64,000 bases of DNA from a virus (IMGVR_UViG_3300038825_000529:1539-65538), one strand, 5' to 3'; shown: positions 37,249 to 44,802, counted from the first letter of the stretch. The notes: generated from the sequence alone by a model not told the origin. Numbers and translations are program-made.

Positions 37249-37522
37249 GTTTGATAAGTCCAGAGAGATTCATATGATTACTCCATTAAATAATGATACC
37301 GAGCGGAGTTTTTTAGTTAGACCGCTCACCTCTCTGGCTCAAAACCGTGGTGATGTCCCGATCCTTGTAAAAGCCTGTACTTTCGAGTCGGTTAGGATGA
37401 ACGGAGGTATATGCGGAAACCGAGATCCTCTCATCACCACACTTTTTTACTCTCCAGCACCAAGAGCGGGAGTCTAAATATGAATTTGGTGATAGATGGC
37501 GGTCTATCACAAAACACCGCCA
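37249..37522 (+). ncRNA. Putative multi-domain structured RNA with 3' pseudoknot
   Basis: Helices CCAGAGAG/CTCTCTGG, GAGCGG/CCGCTC, GTGGTGATG/CATCACCAC, ATCCT/AGGAT, ACT-TTCG-AGT and GTGATAGA/TCTATCAC with loop TGGCGG pairing CCGCCA; directly downstream of a promoter. Confidence 0.65.
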
Positions 37523-37551
37523 ACAGTTTATTAATAAGAAAGGAGAAATAG

Positions 37552-37806
37552 ATGGAAAAGAATGAAATACTACAAATGATCGATACGCTTACACAAAGCC
37601 TCGATTTATTAGTACAAACGCAACGCTCGACACAAGAGTTTATGCAAACACAACTCGATGTGAATAATATGTTGATACAACGTATTAAAAAACTCGAAGT
37701 CGAAGCTAACGTGATCAAAACAAAAGAACCTGTTGCGATTAACGATATTTTCGATACGATGATTAACCGTTTCAAAAAAGAAGGTGAAGATGCCACGAAA
37801 AGCTAA
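37552..37806 (+). CDS. Coiled-coil hypothetical protein
   Basis: AGAAAGGAG RBS; heptad pattern. Confidence 0.7.
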   Translation: MEKNEILQMIDTLTQSLDLLVQTQRSTQEFMQTQLDVNNMLIQRIKKLEVEANVIKTKEPVAINDIFDTMINRFKKEGEDATKS

Positions 37807-38038
37807 ACCCAAGTTTGATTTAAACCCTATAGAACGAGCTGTTGCGACGATCGCTATTGCTTTAGAGCCTTATATAGCTGATCAAACGTCTGAAGAATAT
37901 TTAGCACGTATGGATCGTAATAGAGTCGAAAGGGGTATAGCATTATTATTTGATACATTAGAAGCCGATGACGTTATCGATTATGAAAAAATAACCGATG
38001 CTATGTTAGAAGGTTTCGATTATAAGGAGGACTTATGA
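37790..38038 (+). CDS. Hypothetical protein
   Basis: MPRKAKPKF start; AGGTG RBS. Confidence 0.6.
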   Translation: MPRKAKPKFDLNPIERAVATIAIALEPYIADQTSEEYLARMDRNRVERGIALLFDTLEADDVIDYEKITDAMLEGFDYKEDL

Positions 38039-38208
38039 CACAACATAAGGCAGTCGTTGAGCAACAACGCAAAAAACTTGCACAAGAGGAAGATAATAAC
38101 AAATTACTTTCATATTATTATCAAAAAAGTCCAACAACCCATTATCGCGAACTTAAATATAAAAGCGGTCGCGTGGTTACAACAGATTTGAGTGGCAAAG
38201 ATGAATAG
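38035..38208 (+). CDS. Hypothetical protein (57 aa)
   Basis: AGGAGG RBS, ATGA overlap; MTQHKAVVEQQRKK...KYKSGRVV. Below the ORF-track cutoff. Confidence 0.6.
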   Translation: MTQHKAVVEQQRKKLAQEEDNNKLLSYYYQKSPTTHYRELKYKSGRVVTTDLSGKDE

Positions 38209-38329
38209 AGTAATTATAGAATTAGAATTTAACGATAATCCAACAAATGAAGATGTTTACAATTACCTAAAGGAATTAATGGACAACGACTGTTTGGGTT
38301 ATGAAATTAAGAAGAATGAAAATGAGTGA
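38201..38329 (+). CDS. Hypothetical protein (42 aa)
   Basis: MNRVIIELEFNDNPTNEDVYNYLKELMDNDCLGYE; fills the gap between overlapping neighbours. Confidence 0.5.
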   Translation: MNRVIIELEFNDNPTNEDVYNYLKELMDNDCLGYEIKKNENE

Positions 38330-38567
38330 TTTTAATATGATGGGTGCTGTAGGCTATAGGATCTCACATACGGACGAATCACAAGATTATCCGATTGCTA
38401 CCATTAAAATAGCATTTAAGCTTCCTGAGGGCGAAAACGGTCGAATCGAGATGTTTCACGTTCATGAAGCTTTACGCAGGATGATCGATAAAAAACAAAT
38501 AGCTTTTGATTTAACTTTACCACCTACCGAACCACCTAAAATTTGGAGTAATAATGAAAGTAATTAA
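38322..38567 (+). CDS. Hypothetical protein
   Basis: ORF-track 38301..38567 with the start adjusted. Confidence 0.55.
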   Translation: MSDFNMMGAVGYRISHTDESQDYPIATIKIAFKLPEGENGRIEMFHVHEALRRMIDKKQIAFDLTLPPTEPPKIWSNNESN

Positions 38568-38859
38568 TGATATCGTTGATTGGGCGGAGGTACGCGGACT
38601 AATTTACGGACAAGATATACAACCTGAAAAACAGATGTTGAAACTTGTAGAAGAAGTCGGTGAGACAGCTCGAGCACTCGCCTACGATGATGCACCTGGA
38701 TTGAAAGACGGGATAGGGGATTGTGTTGTTTGTTTGATCGTTTTAGCCGAACAAAAAGGTTTAACGCTCGAGGAGTGCATGCAAGCCGCTTACGATGAGA
38801 TATCTGGTCGTACAGGTCGATTAGAAAACGGTTTATGGAAGAAACAAGAAGACCTCTAG
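38554..38859 (+). CDS. MazG-like all-alpha NTP pyrophosphohydrolase
   Basis: WA..RG, KQMLKLVEEVGE, DGIGD..V.LI and AY.EI..R.G motifs. Confidence 0.85.
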   Translation: MKVINDIVDWAEVRGLIYGQDIQPEKQMLKLVEEVGETARALAYDDAPGLKDGIGDCVVCLIVLAEQKGLTLEECMQAAYDEISGRTGRLENGLWKKQEDL

Positions 38860-38878
38860 GTTTCTTGCCTTCTAGTAC

Positions 38879-38959
38879 TGCTTTACTTCGCGGTACTCTT
38901 AGGCATACTTGTATTAGTTATTAAATGGTTTAATAACATTAACTAGAAAGGAGAAAGAT
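38879..38959 (+). promoter_or_regulatory. Phage promoter, hairpin and RBS
   Basis: TGCTTTACTT...CATACT; GTTATTAAA-TGG-TTTAATAAC; TAACTAGAAAGGAG. Confidence 0.72.
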
Positions 38960-39307
38960 ATGGATATTGAAAAAATCCAACAACAGGTGGCTGACCTTAA
39001 AAACAATGTCAGTTTATTAGAACATGCTACAGTCAGCGAATTTAATTCAGACTTACTGACTTCATTACATCGTATTACCGATGTTTTAGATGATTTACAG
39101 CCTCGAGTAATCGATCCTGCTGATTTATCGAAAGAAGCCGAGCAAAAAGTACTTAACACATTATCCGAGTTAACTGCTCGTATCGATAATATAGAAGCTC
39201 GTGAGTACACTGAAGAAGGTATCGAAGATATCGCCAAAGGTGCTATTCAAAATATGGATTTCAGTGCCGAGTTAGACGACGGTAGTTTATCAGTGTGGGC
39301 AAGATGA
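38960..39307 (+). CDS. Acidic coiled-coil early protein
   Basis: Strong RBS; 115 aa. Confidence 0.7.
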   Translation: MDIEKIQQQVADLKNNVSLLEHATVSEFNSDLLTSLHRITDVLDDLQPRVIDPADLSKEAEQKVLNTLSELTARIDNIEAREYTEEGIEDIAKGAIQNMDFSAELDDGSLSVWAR

Positions 39308-39675
39308 TACACGGACTACTTATCGACCCGTTCGAGCAAATTGTTACCGAGGTAGAGTTGTCAGAAGACTCTACCTTTGCCGACGCTAAAAAACATATGC
39401 AACTTGATGGACCCCTCGACGTTGTTACATTAAGTGACGATACGATGGTCATAGTTGACGATGAAGGTTTATTAAAAAACAATAATCGATATTTCAAACT
39501 ATCAGAGTTCCATCAGCCGTTAGCAGGTCGTGCCATTATTGTTGGTTATGATGATGAGGGTGCGACTATTAGCGGTAATTATAATGCTGATACGATCGAG
39601 TGGATGCCTGAGGATCATGTCGAAGAACCTTTTATGCAATTTATACCGATTCCCGATGAGAAGGAGATGCACTGA
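39304..39675 (+). CDS. DUF3846-like protein
   Basis: LIDPF, IVDDEGLL and PLAGRAIIVG motifs. Confidence 0.7.
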   Translation: MIHGLLIDPFEQIVTEVELSEDSTFADAKKHMQLDGPLDVVTLSDDTMVIVDDEGLLKNNNRYFKLSEFHQPLAGRAIIVGYDDEGATISGNYNADTIEWMPEDHVEEPFMQFIPIPDEKEMH

Positions 39676-40034
39676 TGAAACAAGAAAAATTAATTATTTA
39701 TTATCATTTATTTGTGCCATGGATACATGATGGTTACGATCGAGCTGATTTATTAGACGCTTGGTCTAGTGGTGAGTCTCCCGAAGACCATGCACTAAGT
39801 ATTGCAGGTTCTTTTCCTGTGCAACATTTCAAAAATTGGGACGAAGTAAAACATCACTGGGATAACGGTTGGGATGATAACCCATACGATGGCAGTAAAG
39901 ATACTGAAGACTTAAAATTTAAAACTTGGTCTGATTGGTATGAACATGATGGTTATGTTGAAGGTATTCCCGATACTTTAGATGTCGAGTGGGATTACGA
40001 TGATGAGTACTTTACACCTATATCAATAAGATGA
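39675..40034 (+). CDS. Acidic Trp/Asp-rich hypothetical protein
   Basis: AGGAG RBS; TGATG coupling. Confidence 0.65.
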   Translation: MKQEKLIIYYHLFVPWIHDGYDRADLLDAWSSGESPEDHALSIAGSFPVQHFKNWDEVKHHWDNGWDDNPYDGSKDTEDLKFKTWSDWYEHDGYVEGIPDTLDVEWDYDDEYFTPISIR

Positions 40035-40198
40035 GATTTGTACCACAACTAAGCGAAGAACAGGTCAAATTTTGGGTAGAAACCGAAAATATCGATTATG
40101 TCGAGATTATTAAATTAATTGCTAATGGTGAGATGAGCCCTAAAGCATTAAATACTGAAATATTTGATAACGAAAACTGGGATCCAACGGAGGAATAA
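40031..40198 (+). CDS. Hypothetical protein (55 aa)
   Basis: ATGA overlap; MRFVPQLSEEQVKFWVET...; fills the gap. Confidence 0.55.
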   Translation: MRFVPQLSEEQVKFWVETENIDYVEIIKLIANGEMSPKALNTEIFDNENWDPTEE

Positions 40199-40200
40199 TT

Positions 40201-40659
40201 ATGGGATTAGATTGTTATATTGTTCACAGTAATGACCGTGAGAAGCCTTTCACAGCTGAAGATGACCCACGTATAAAAGATATTAATTTATGCGGTGGGA
40301 TGATGAGTGGTCACGGTGCCGACGGATCGTTCCGAGGTAAATGGTACGAGCCTTTAATGGATGAGTTGATGGGAGATGACGGTATATGGCATATGCCTGA
40401 AGATAGTTTTGGAGTTTTACCTGAATGGTTAAAAGAACAAGCTCAAGCTCTAGCTGATCTATTACATGCAGTCGAATCAGATGCTAAAGAACAAGATCTA
40501 CTGATTGACGATGGTAAAGCTACTCTATCACCTGAAACGATTATTTATCAAACACATCATGCTTCACCGTATGAATATACTTATCAAGAAGTCCAAGACT
40601 TGGAATTGTTATTACGTTGTGCGAGTGAGCGTGGTGCGGTAATGCTGTGCTGGTGGTAG
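40201..40659 (+). CDS. Hypothetical acidic early protein (MGLD..WW family)
   Basis: GGAGG RBS; MGLD start, SFRGK.Y and terminal WW. Confidence 0.7.
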   Translation: MGLDCYIVHSNDREKPFTAEDDPRIKDINLCGGMMSGHGADGSFRGKWYEPLMDELMGDDGIWHMPEDSFGVLPEWLKEQAQALADLLHAVESDAKEQDLLIDDGKATLSPETIIYQTHHASPYEYTYQEVQDLELLLRCASERGAVMLCWW

Positions 40660-40667
40660 TGCAAGGC

Positions 40668-40732
40668 TGCTTTTATTCGCTATACTCGGCTTTATACTAT
40701 TTATAAGTAAAAAATAACTAAGGAGATTTACT
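40668..40732 (+). promoter_or_regulatory. Phage promoter variant plus RBS
   Basis: TGCTTTTATTCG with TATACT 25 bp after the first T; TAACTAAGGAG. Confidence 0.6.
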
Positions 40733-40966
40733 ATGAGTGATAAAACTAAACCACTTTCGATTCACGAGTCGAATTTATTCTGGACTCCAGAGAGTTCAGA
40801 GGAGTTGAACGCTTACATCGATAAGCATATACCTGAAGAGGCTGTACTGATGCATATGGCGTGTGCATTCCAGCAGAACTTGATTGTTAGCACCGTATTG
40901 AAATACGGTATTGAGAACACCGAGTTTGTTGCCGCTAAACCATTATTTACGAGGAAAGAAGCATGA
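40733..40966 (+). CDS. Hypothetical protein
   Basis: AAGGAG RBS; 77 aa. Confidence 0.65.
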   Translation: MSDKTKPLSIHESNLFWTPESSEELNAYIDKHIPEEAVLMHMACAFQQNLIVSTVLKYGIENTEFVAAKPLFTRKEA

Positions 40967-41148
40967 GTGATGATAACCACCCATCAGAAATAGCAGATGC
41001 TATTTTAGTTGCAGGAGTGATGGCTGCTGACCCTTATCCGAAGATTGACTTCGATAAGATTAACGCTGTGTTGAAAGTAGTTCGAGAAGAACTAACAGAC
41101 GCTGAGTTCAGATGGTTTATAAAGAAACTTGAGAGCGGTTCACCATGA
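40963..41148 (+). CDS. Hypothetical protein
   Basis: ATGA-coupled; 61 aa. Confidence 0.6.
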   Translation: MSDDNHPSEIADAILVAGVMAADPYPKIDFDKINAVLKVVREELTDAEFRWFIKKLESGSP

Positions 41149-41339
41149 CCGACTGTACTCTATGTGACGAACCTATTAGCCAAGGACGAAGAAGCCTTGG
41201 CTATATGACTTGTTTAGGTTGTGGTGAAGCCGCAGCCAACGAGTTAGCGGAAAAGCGTAAAAAACAGATTGCTCCAGTTTATAACAAAGGAGCTTATCAA
41301 TATATAACTGAAAACGATTTAGAGACTATCGGGAGGTAA
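41145..41339 (+). CDS. Small zinc-finger protein (DksA/TraR C4-like)
   Basis: CTLC..I..GR..LGY.TCLGC and APVYNKGAYQYI motifs. Confidence 0.7.
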   Translation: MTDCTLCDEPISQGRRSLGYMTCLGCGEAAANELAEKRKKQIAPVYNKGAYQYITENDLETIGR

Positions 41340-41348
41340 CTCTATTAC

Positions 41349-41422
41349 TGCTTTAATTCGGCTTGGTCGCGGTTATACTATATATAGTTAAAAACTAACC
41401 ATTATTTAGAAAGGAGAAAGCA
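41349..41422 (+). promoter_or_regulatory. Phage promoter variant plus RBS
   Basis: TGCTTTAATTCG...TATACTATATATAGTTAAAAA; AGAAAGGAG. Confidence 0.68.
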
Positions 41423-41725
41423 ATGGAAAAAGAACTAAAAGAAATTATCGATATGTTGAATAAAAACGAACGTCGATTAGTCGGTGAGGATGGCGGAATG
41501 GCTTTGAATGTACTCGCTACCCATCTATCGCCTGTTGGTATTATAAATGCTGGTCGTATTGATTATGGCTTCGGTGGTATTTGTGATCTTATAATACGAA
41601 TCTATAACTACGGTGATTGGAAATTTGTAGTCCAGGAAGATGTTGATGCAAAACCAGTGCATGACGGTGGTACAGTATATACAGGGACTGTCGATTTATA
41701 TAATATCAATAGCAAGGCAGTATGA
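41423..41725 (+). CDS. Hypothetical protein
   Basis: Strong RBS; 100 aa. Confidence 0.68.
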   Translation: MEKELKEIIDMLNKNERRLVGEDGGMALNVLATHLSPVGIINAGRIDYGFGGICDLIIRIYNYGDWKFVVQEDVDAKPVHDGGTVYTGTVDLYNINSKAV

Positions 41726-41835
41726 GAGACCCAGACAATATGTTATTATTCTTTTTGTTCGGCTTGGTGGCGTTAGTGATAGCGTCGTACGTTGCTTTAT
41801 TTCCGCTAATTCCTAGCTATACTATATATAGTTAA
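41722..41835 (+). CDS. Small membrane peptide (37 aa)
   Basis: MRDPDNMLLFFLFGLVALVIASYVALFPLIPSYTIYS; ATGA overlap; its 3' end overlaps the next promoter. Confidence 0.4.
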   Translation: MRDPDNMLLFFLFGLVALVIASYVALFPLIPSYTIYS

Positions 41836-41875
41836 AAAATAACTTTTTAGCGATTAACTAAGAAAGGAGAAAGAT
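41793..41875 (+). promoter_or_regulatory. Phage promoter variant plus RBS
   Basis: TGCTTTATTT...TATACTATATATAGTTAAAAA (same 21-mer as at 41374); TAACTAAGAAAGGAG. Confidence 0.68.
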
Positions 41876-42145
41876 ATGAGAATATTAACTAAAGAAGAGA
41901 TTGATGCTTATAACCAAGGTATCAACGACGCGAAAGCAGGATTACCTTGTGACGCATCGAAAACACGGGTAACAGCGAACTACTTCGGAAAGTATGTCAA
42001 CGATTACTATGACGGTTATACAGCAGCAGAAGCAGGGATTAAGTTACATACTAGATACCCTGAGAATGATTCTACCGTGGTAGAATTAGAGTATGAGGAG
42101 TGCTTGATGTCAGAAGACGCTTATTACGAATCAGCGTGGGCATAA
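41876..42145 (+). CDS. Hypothetical protein
   Basis: AYNQG..D..AG and Y.DGY motifs; strong RBS. Confidence 0.68.
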   Translation: MRILTKEEIDAYNQGINDAKAGLPCDASKTRVTANYFGKYVNDYYDGYTAAEAGIKLHTRYPENDSTVVELEYEECLMSEDAYYESAWA

Positions 42146-42147
42146 TC

Positions 42148-42702
42148 ATGCATAAAACTAAAGATACAATGAAAGTATTCGTAGACAATGCTCAACCCGT
42201 GATCCAGGAGATTAAACGAGTACATAACGAATTTATTCGATTAGAGTATTTTGCATTTAGTCCAGAGGATTTATATGAGCAAAGTGGAGTGATTGATTAT
42301 ATAAAAGATAACAAATATAATCCCGAAGATTTCGACGGTCCTATTAATGCTATCTATGCTCAGTTCGGTGAAGAAACTGGAGCCGCTCTATTGTTAGAAA
42401 TAACTCCCGAAGTTCGTGCTTCGTTAAGTAGTGACGTTGTTGATGTTTTATGTGATCGTGGTGAACAAGGTGATATCGAGTTTATCCGTGCTTGGGAGGA
42501 GTCCGCTGATAAAACGGTCTACTTTCGTATGGATCATTGCTATTATATGTATGATAGTGGCTTCGAGCTTTCTAATGATTGCGATCAAATTACTAGGTAT
42601 CTTGGTGACGGTCTTTGTCATATCACTCAACGTCTAGGTTTGACTTATCTTAATGAAATGATTGATGATCTACTTTATGCTCATGGTTGGGAACTTAATT
42701 AA
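42148..42702 (+). CDS. Hypothetical acidic protein
   Basis: Long ORF; start adjusted to ATG 42148. Confidence 0.65.
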   Translation: MHKTKDTMKVFVDNAQPVIQEIKRVHNEFIRLEYFAFSPEDLYEQSGVIDYIKDNKYNPEDFDGPINAIYAQFGEETGAALLLEITPEVRASLSSDVVDVLCDRGEQGDIEFIRAWEESADKTVYFRMDHCYYMYDSGFELSNDCDQITRYLGDGLCHITQRLGLTYLNEMIDDLLYAHGWELN

Positions 42703-42723
42703 GGCTTGACTCCCTCAAGCTTT

Positions 42724-42759
42724 GCCCTCGGTCAGCGGTGCGTTGGTCGGGGGTTTTTT
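42724..42759 (+). terminator. Rho-independent terminator ending the early region
   Basis: CCCTCGGTCAGCG/CGTTGGTCGGGGG stem with G-U pairs plus T-tract. Confidence 0.75.
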
Positions 42760-42802
42760 ATGTCTATCGTGTTCTATTAATCTATGTGTATTGTTATTCT
42801 CA

Positions 42803-43011
42803 AAATTAAAAAAGTTTTTGAAAAAAGTTTTTCAAATGTACTAATATCTCTAATAAACTAATAGATTCGTTCTGTAAGTCTCTTGGTTACTCTATTCTTT
42901 GATTCTGCAAAACTAATAGAATTCTATTACTCTATTAGAAACTATGGTAAGATTACCTAGAGGGCATGAGAAAACTATTTATTTGATAATAAAACTAATA
43001 TGATTGTAATA
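42803..43011. repeat. Right arm of the ~200-bp degenerate inverted repeat
   Basis: TAGAGGGCATGAGAAAACT (42958-76) is the exact reverse complement of 20994-21012; further colinear blocks. Confidence 0.85.
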
Positions 43012-43036
43012 ACTTTATGCGAAGCTCGGAGGTAGA

Positions 43037-43567
43037 ATGAAACAGCTGACATACACGTCATTAATGCCAACAGAAGATGGTAAAGGATTCATTGACGATA
43101 GTGGTAAGATTTGGCAGCCACTCAACTCTAAACAAAAGAAGTTTTGTAAAGAGTACTTCAAAGGACAAACAGCCACTGAAGCCGCGATAAAAGCAGGGTA
43201 TACGAAGGATCGCAAGGGTGCGAAGACACAGGGGAGTGTATTACTAAATCATAACCCAGTTGTAAAGAATTACTTGATCGACTTGGAAATCGCAGCTTCG
43301 GAAAGAGATGCAGTTTCCTTGGAGGCACACCTCTCTACTCTACACGACCTTAGAGAGGAGGCGAAGGACCAAGGTCAAATATCCGCAGCCATCACAGCCG
43401 AGGTCCATCGAGGGAAGGCGGGTGGACTCTACATCGATCGACGCGAGATACTAACCGCGAAAATCGATCTGATGTCCAAGGACGACATACTCGATCGACT
43501 CGAAAACCTTATTAAGAAAAGAACTTTGGATGCAAAAGTTGTTGAAGGAGAGATAGCCGCGGATTAA
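43037..43567 (+). CDS. terS: Terminase small subunit
   Basis: LNSKQKKFCKEY...TATEAAIKAGY HTH, LREEA....QISAAITAE..RGKAGGLY; GGAGG RBS. Confidence 0.8.
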   Translation: MKQLTYTSLMPTEDGKGFIDDSGKIWQPLNSKQKKFCKEYFKGQTATEAAIKAGYTKDRKGAKTQGSVLLNHNPVVKNYLIDLEIAASERDAVSLEAHLSTLHDLREEAKDQGQISAAITAEVHRGKAGGLYIDRREILTAKIDLMSKDDILDRLENLIKKRTLDAKVVEGEIAAD

Positions 43568-43584
43568 GATTCGTGCGAATCGCC
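43568..43584. promoter_or_regulatory. Palindromic site GATTCG-TG-CGAATC
   Basis: Near-identical copies at 44138-44153 and 44168-44181. Confidence 0.55.
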
Positions 43585-43613
43585 ACGCCAAGGTAATCCT
43601 GGACTCTTTATAC

Positions 43614-43700
43614 TGCTTTACTTTCGCTTGTATCTAAGCAATAATATACTTATCTTAAATAAAGGTTATTTAAGAATTAACTAAAGAAAGGAGAATTATT
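43614..43700 (+). promoter_or_regulatory. Phage promoter, hairpin and RBS
   Basis: TGCTTTACTTT; TCTTAAATAA-AGG-TTATTTAAGA; TAACTAAAGAAAGGAG. Confidence 0.72.
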
Positions 43701-43994
43701 ATGATAGATAAGAACTATCAAGCAGGAGCCCAAAGAGGGTCAATTAACTACGACGCAGTGATCACTTTGATTGCTACGCCAAAAGGAAAGTTCCCACCCC
43801 AAGCAGGGAAGATCATCGAAGCGTTAATCGCTGCGAAAGATCACACCATGACGGTGGGTGAGCTGATCGGCACTGACGGTTCGACCGAGAGTGCATTAGT
43901 CAAAGCTGGATTGGTAACAGTCCAAGAGCCGAATGACATTTGGGCTCATTATAGAAAACGCTTGATCGAGGAAAAGCTGATTACTGTCAGCTAA
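43701..43994 (+). CDS. Winged-helix-like protein, paralogue 2
   Basis: FPPQAGKII...TVGEL...QEPNDIWAHYRKRLIEEK; monocistronic. Confidence 0.68.
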   Translation: MIDKNYQAGAQRGSINYDAVITLIATPKGKFPPQAGKIIEALIAAKDHTMTVGELIGTDGSTESALVKAGLVTVQEPNDIWAHYRKRLIEEKLITVS

Positions 43995-44009
43995 CCACGG
44001 ACAGCGAAC

Positions 44010-44033
44010 GAGGGGACTTCGGTCCCCTTTTTT
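44010..44033 (+). terminator. Rho-independent terminator
   Basis: AGGGGAC-TTCG-GTCCCCT plus T-tract. Confidence 0.9.
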
Positions 44034-44039
44034 GTGTCC

Positions 44040-44124
44040 GCTCTACTCTACGCTCTACTCTATCACTCAATCTACTCTATCACTCTATCCGTCGCTCTAC
44101 TCAACCCTTCCTGCTCTACTCTAT
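44040..44124 (+). repeat. Imperfect CTCTA(C/T) tandem repeat tract
   Basis: gctctactcta cgctctactcta tcactcaatctactcta tcactcta ... gctctactc ... gctctactcta. Confidence 0.75.
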
Positions 44125-44137
44125 ATATAATAAATAC

Positions 44138-44221
44138 ATTCGAGCGAATCGCCCAGAAAGAAAAAACATTCGTGCGAATCGGGTAAATAAAAAATAAAAT
44201 CGCTAAAATCGTAAAAATCGC
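44138..44221. repeat. Two ATTCG(A/T)GCGAATCG palindromes 30 bp apart plus three AAAATCG half-sites
   Basis: Read directly from the sequence. Confidence 0.7.
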
Positions 44222-44355
44222 TAATAAATAAATAATTAAATAAATGTATATATATGTATACAAGTAAAGTAGTTTAGTTATATAATAGGTTATTGATTAG
44301 GCAACTAGGCTACCTTATCAATACTAACTAACTAATAGCCTAAGAGGTATCCAAC

Positions 44356-44757
44356 ATGGATAAACAAAGTAAAGATAGATTAGCAGTCAAAACGGCTACT
44401 GCTAATGTAGATAAAAGAAAAGCCGATATAGATAACATTGCCCCTATTGGTAAAAGCGGTGGCGGTGTTGCTCAATCAATGGTCTTATCATTAACTGATA
44501 ACGCCATGAATGATAGAGGTATAGCACCTAGACAAGTACAACTAGTTTTAGCTTACCTTCATCTTTTAGGCGGTAAGGCTACAGTCAAGCAAATAGATGA
44601 CTTTAGCGTAACTGCTGAGGATAGTATTGCATGGGTAACTGCTAGCGGTGATGCGTACGAACAAACCCCTAGTAAAATACTACGTACCTACATATCTAAA
44701 ATGAAAGGTACTGATGCTTGGAACAAATCCAACGGTATTAAACCACTAGTTAGCTAA
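44356..44757 (+). CDS. Winged-helix-like protein, paralogue 3
   Basis: APRQVQLVL...TVKQI...EQTPSKILRTYISKM; GAGG RBS, upstream TATAAT and its own terminator. Confidence 0.62.
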   Translation: MDKQSKDRLAVKTATANVDKRKADIDNIAPIGKSGGGVAQSMVLSLTDNAMNDRGIAPRQVQLVLAYLHLLGGKATVKQIDDFSVTAEDSIAWVTASGDAYEQTPSKILRTYISKMKGTDAWNKSNGIKPLVS

Positions 44758-44775
44758 CCTCTAGCTACCTTACCT

Positions 44776-44802
44776 AAGGGCTACATTCGTAGCCCTTTTT
44801 TT
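44776..44802 (+). terminator. Rho-independent terminator
   Basis: AAGGGCTAC-ATTC-GTAGCCCTT plus T-tract. Confidence 0.9.

Noticed and set aside
37274-37510. ORFs 37274..37477 (+) and 37313..37510 (-)
   Set aside because: No RBS, atypical composition and complete overlap with extensive helices; an RNA element explains the region better.
37249-37522. tRNA or hammerhead ribozyme
   Set aside because: No TTCGA T-loop within a cloverleaf, no CCA acceptor stem, and no CUGANGA/GAAA core in the right geometry.
21179-43650. TGCTTTA as a T4 MotA box
   Set aside because: It sits at the -35 position, about 18-20 bp before the -10 element, rather than centred at -30; no MotA/AsiA homologue recognised.
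44040-44221. Possible CRISPR-like array
   Set aside because: Units are 5-16 bp, irregular and lack unique 30-40 bp spacers; no cas genes.
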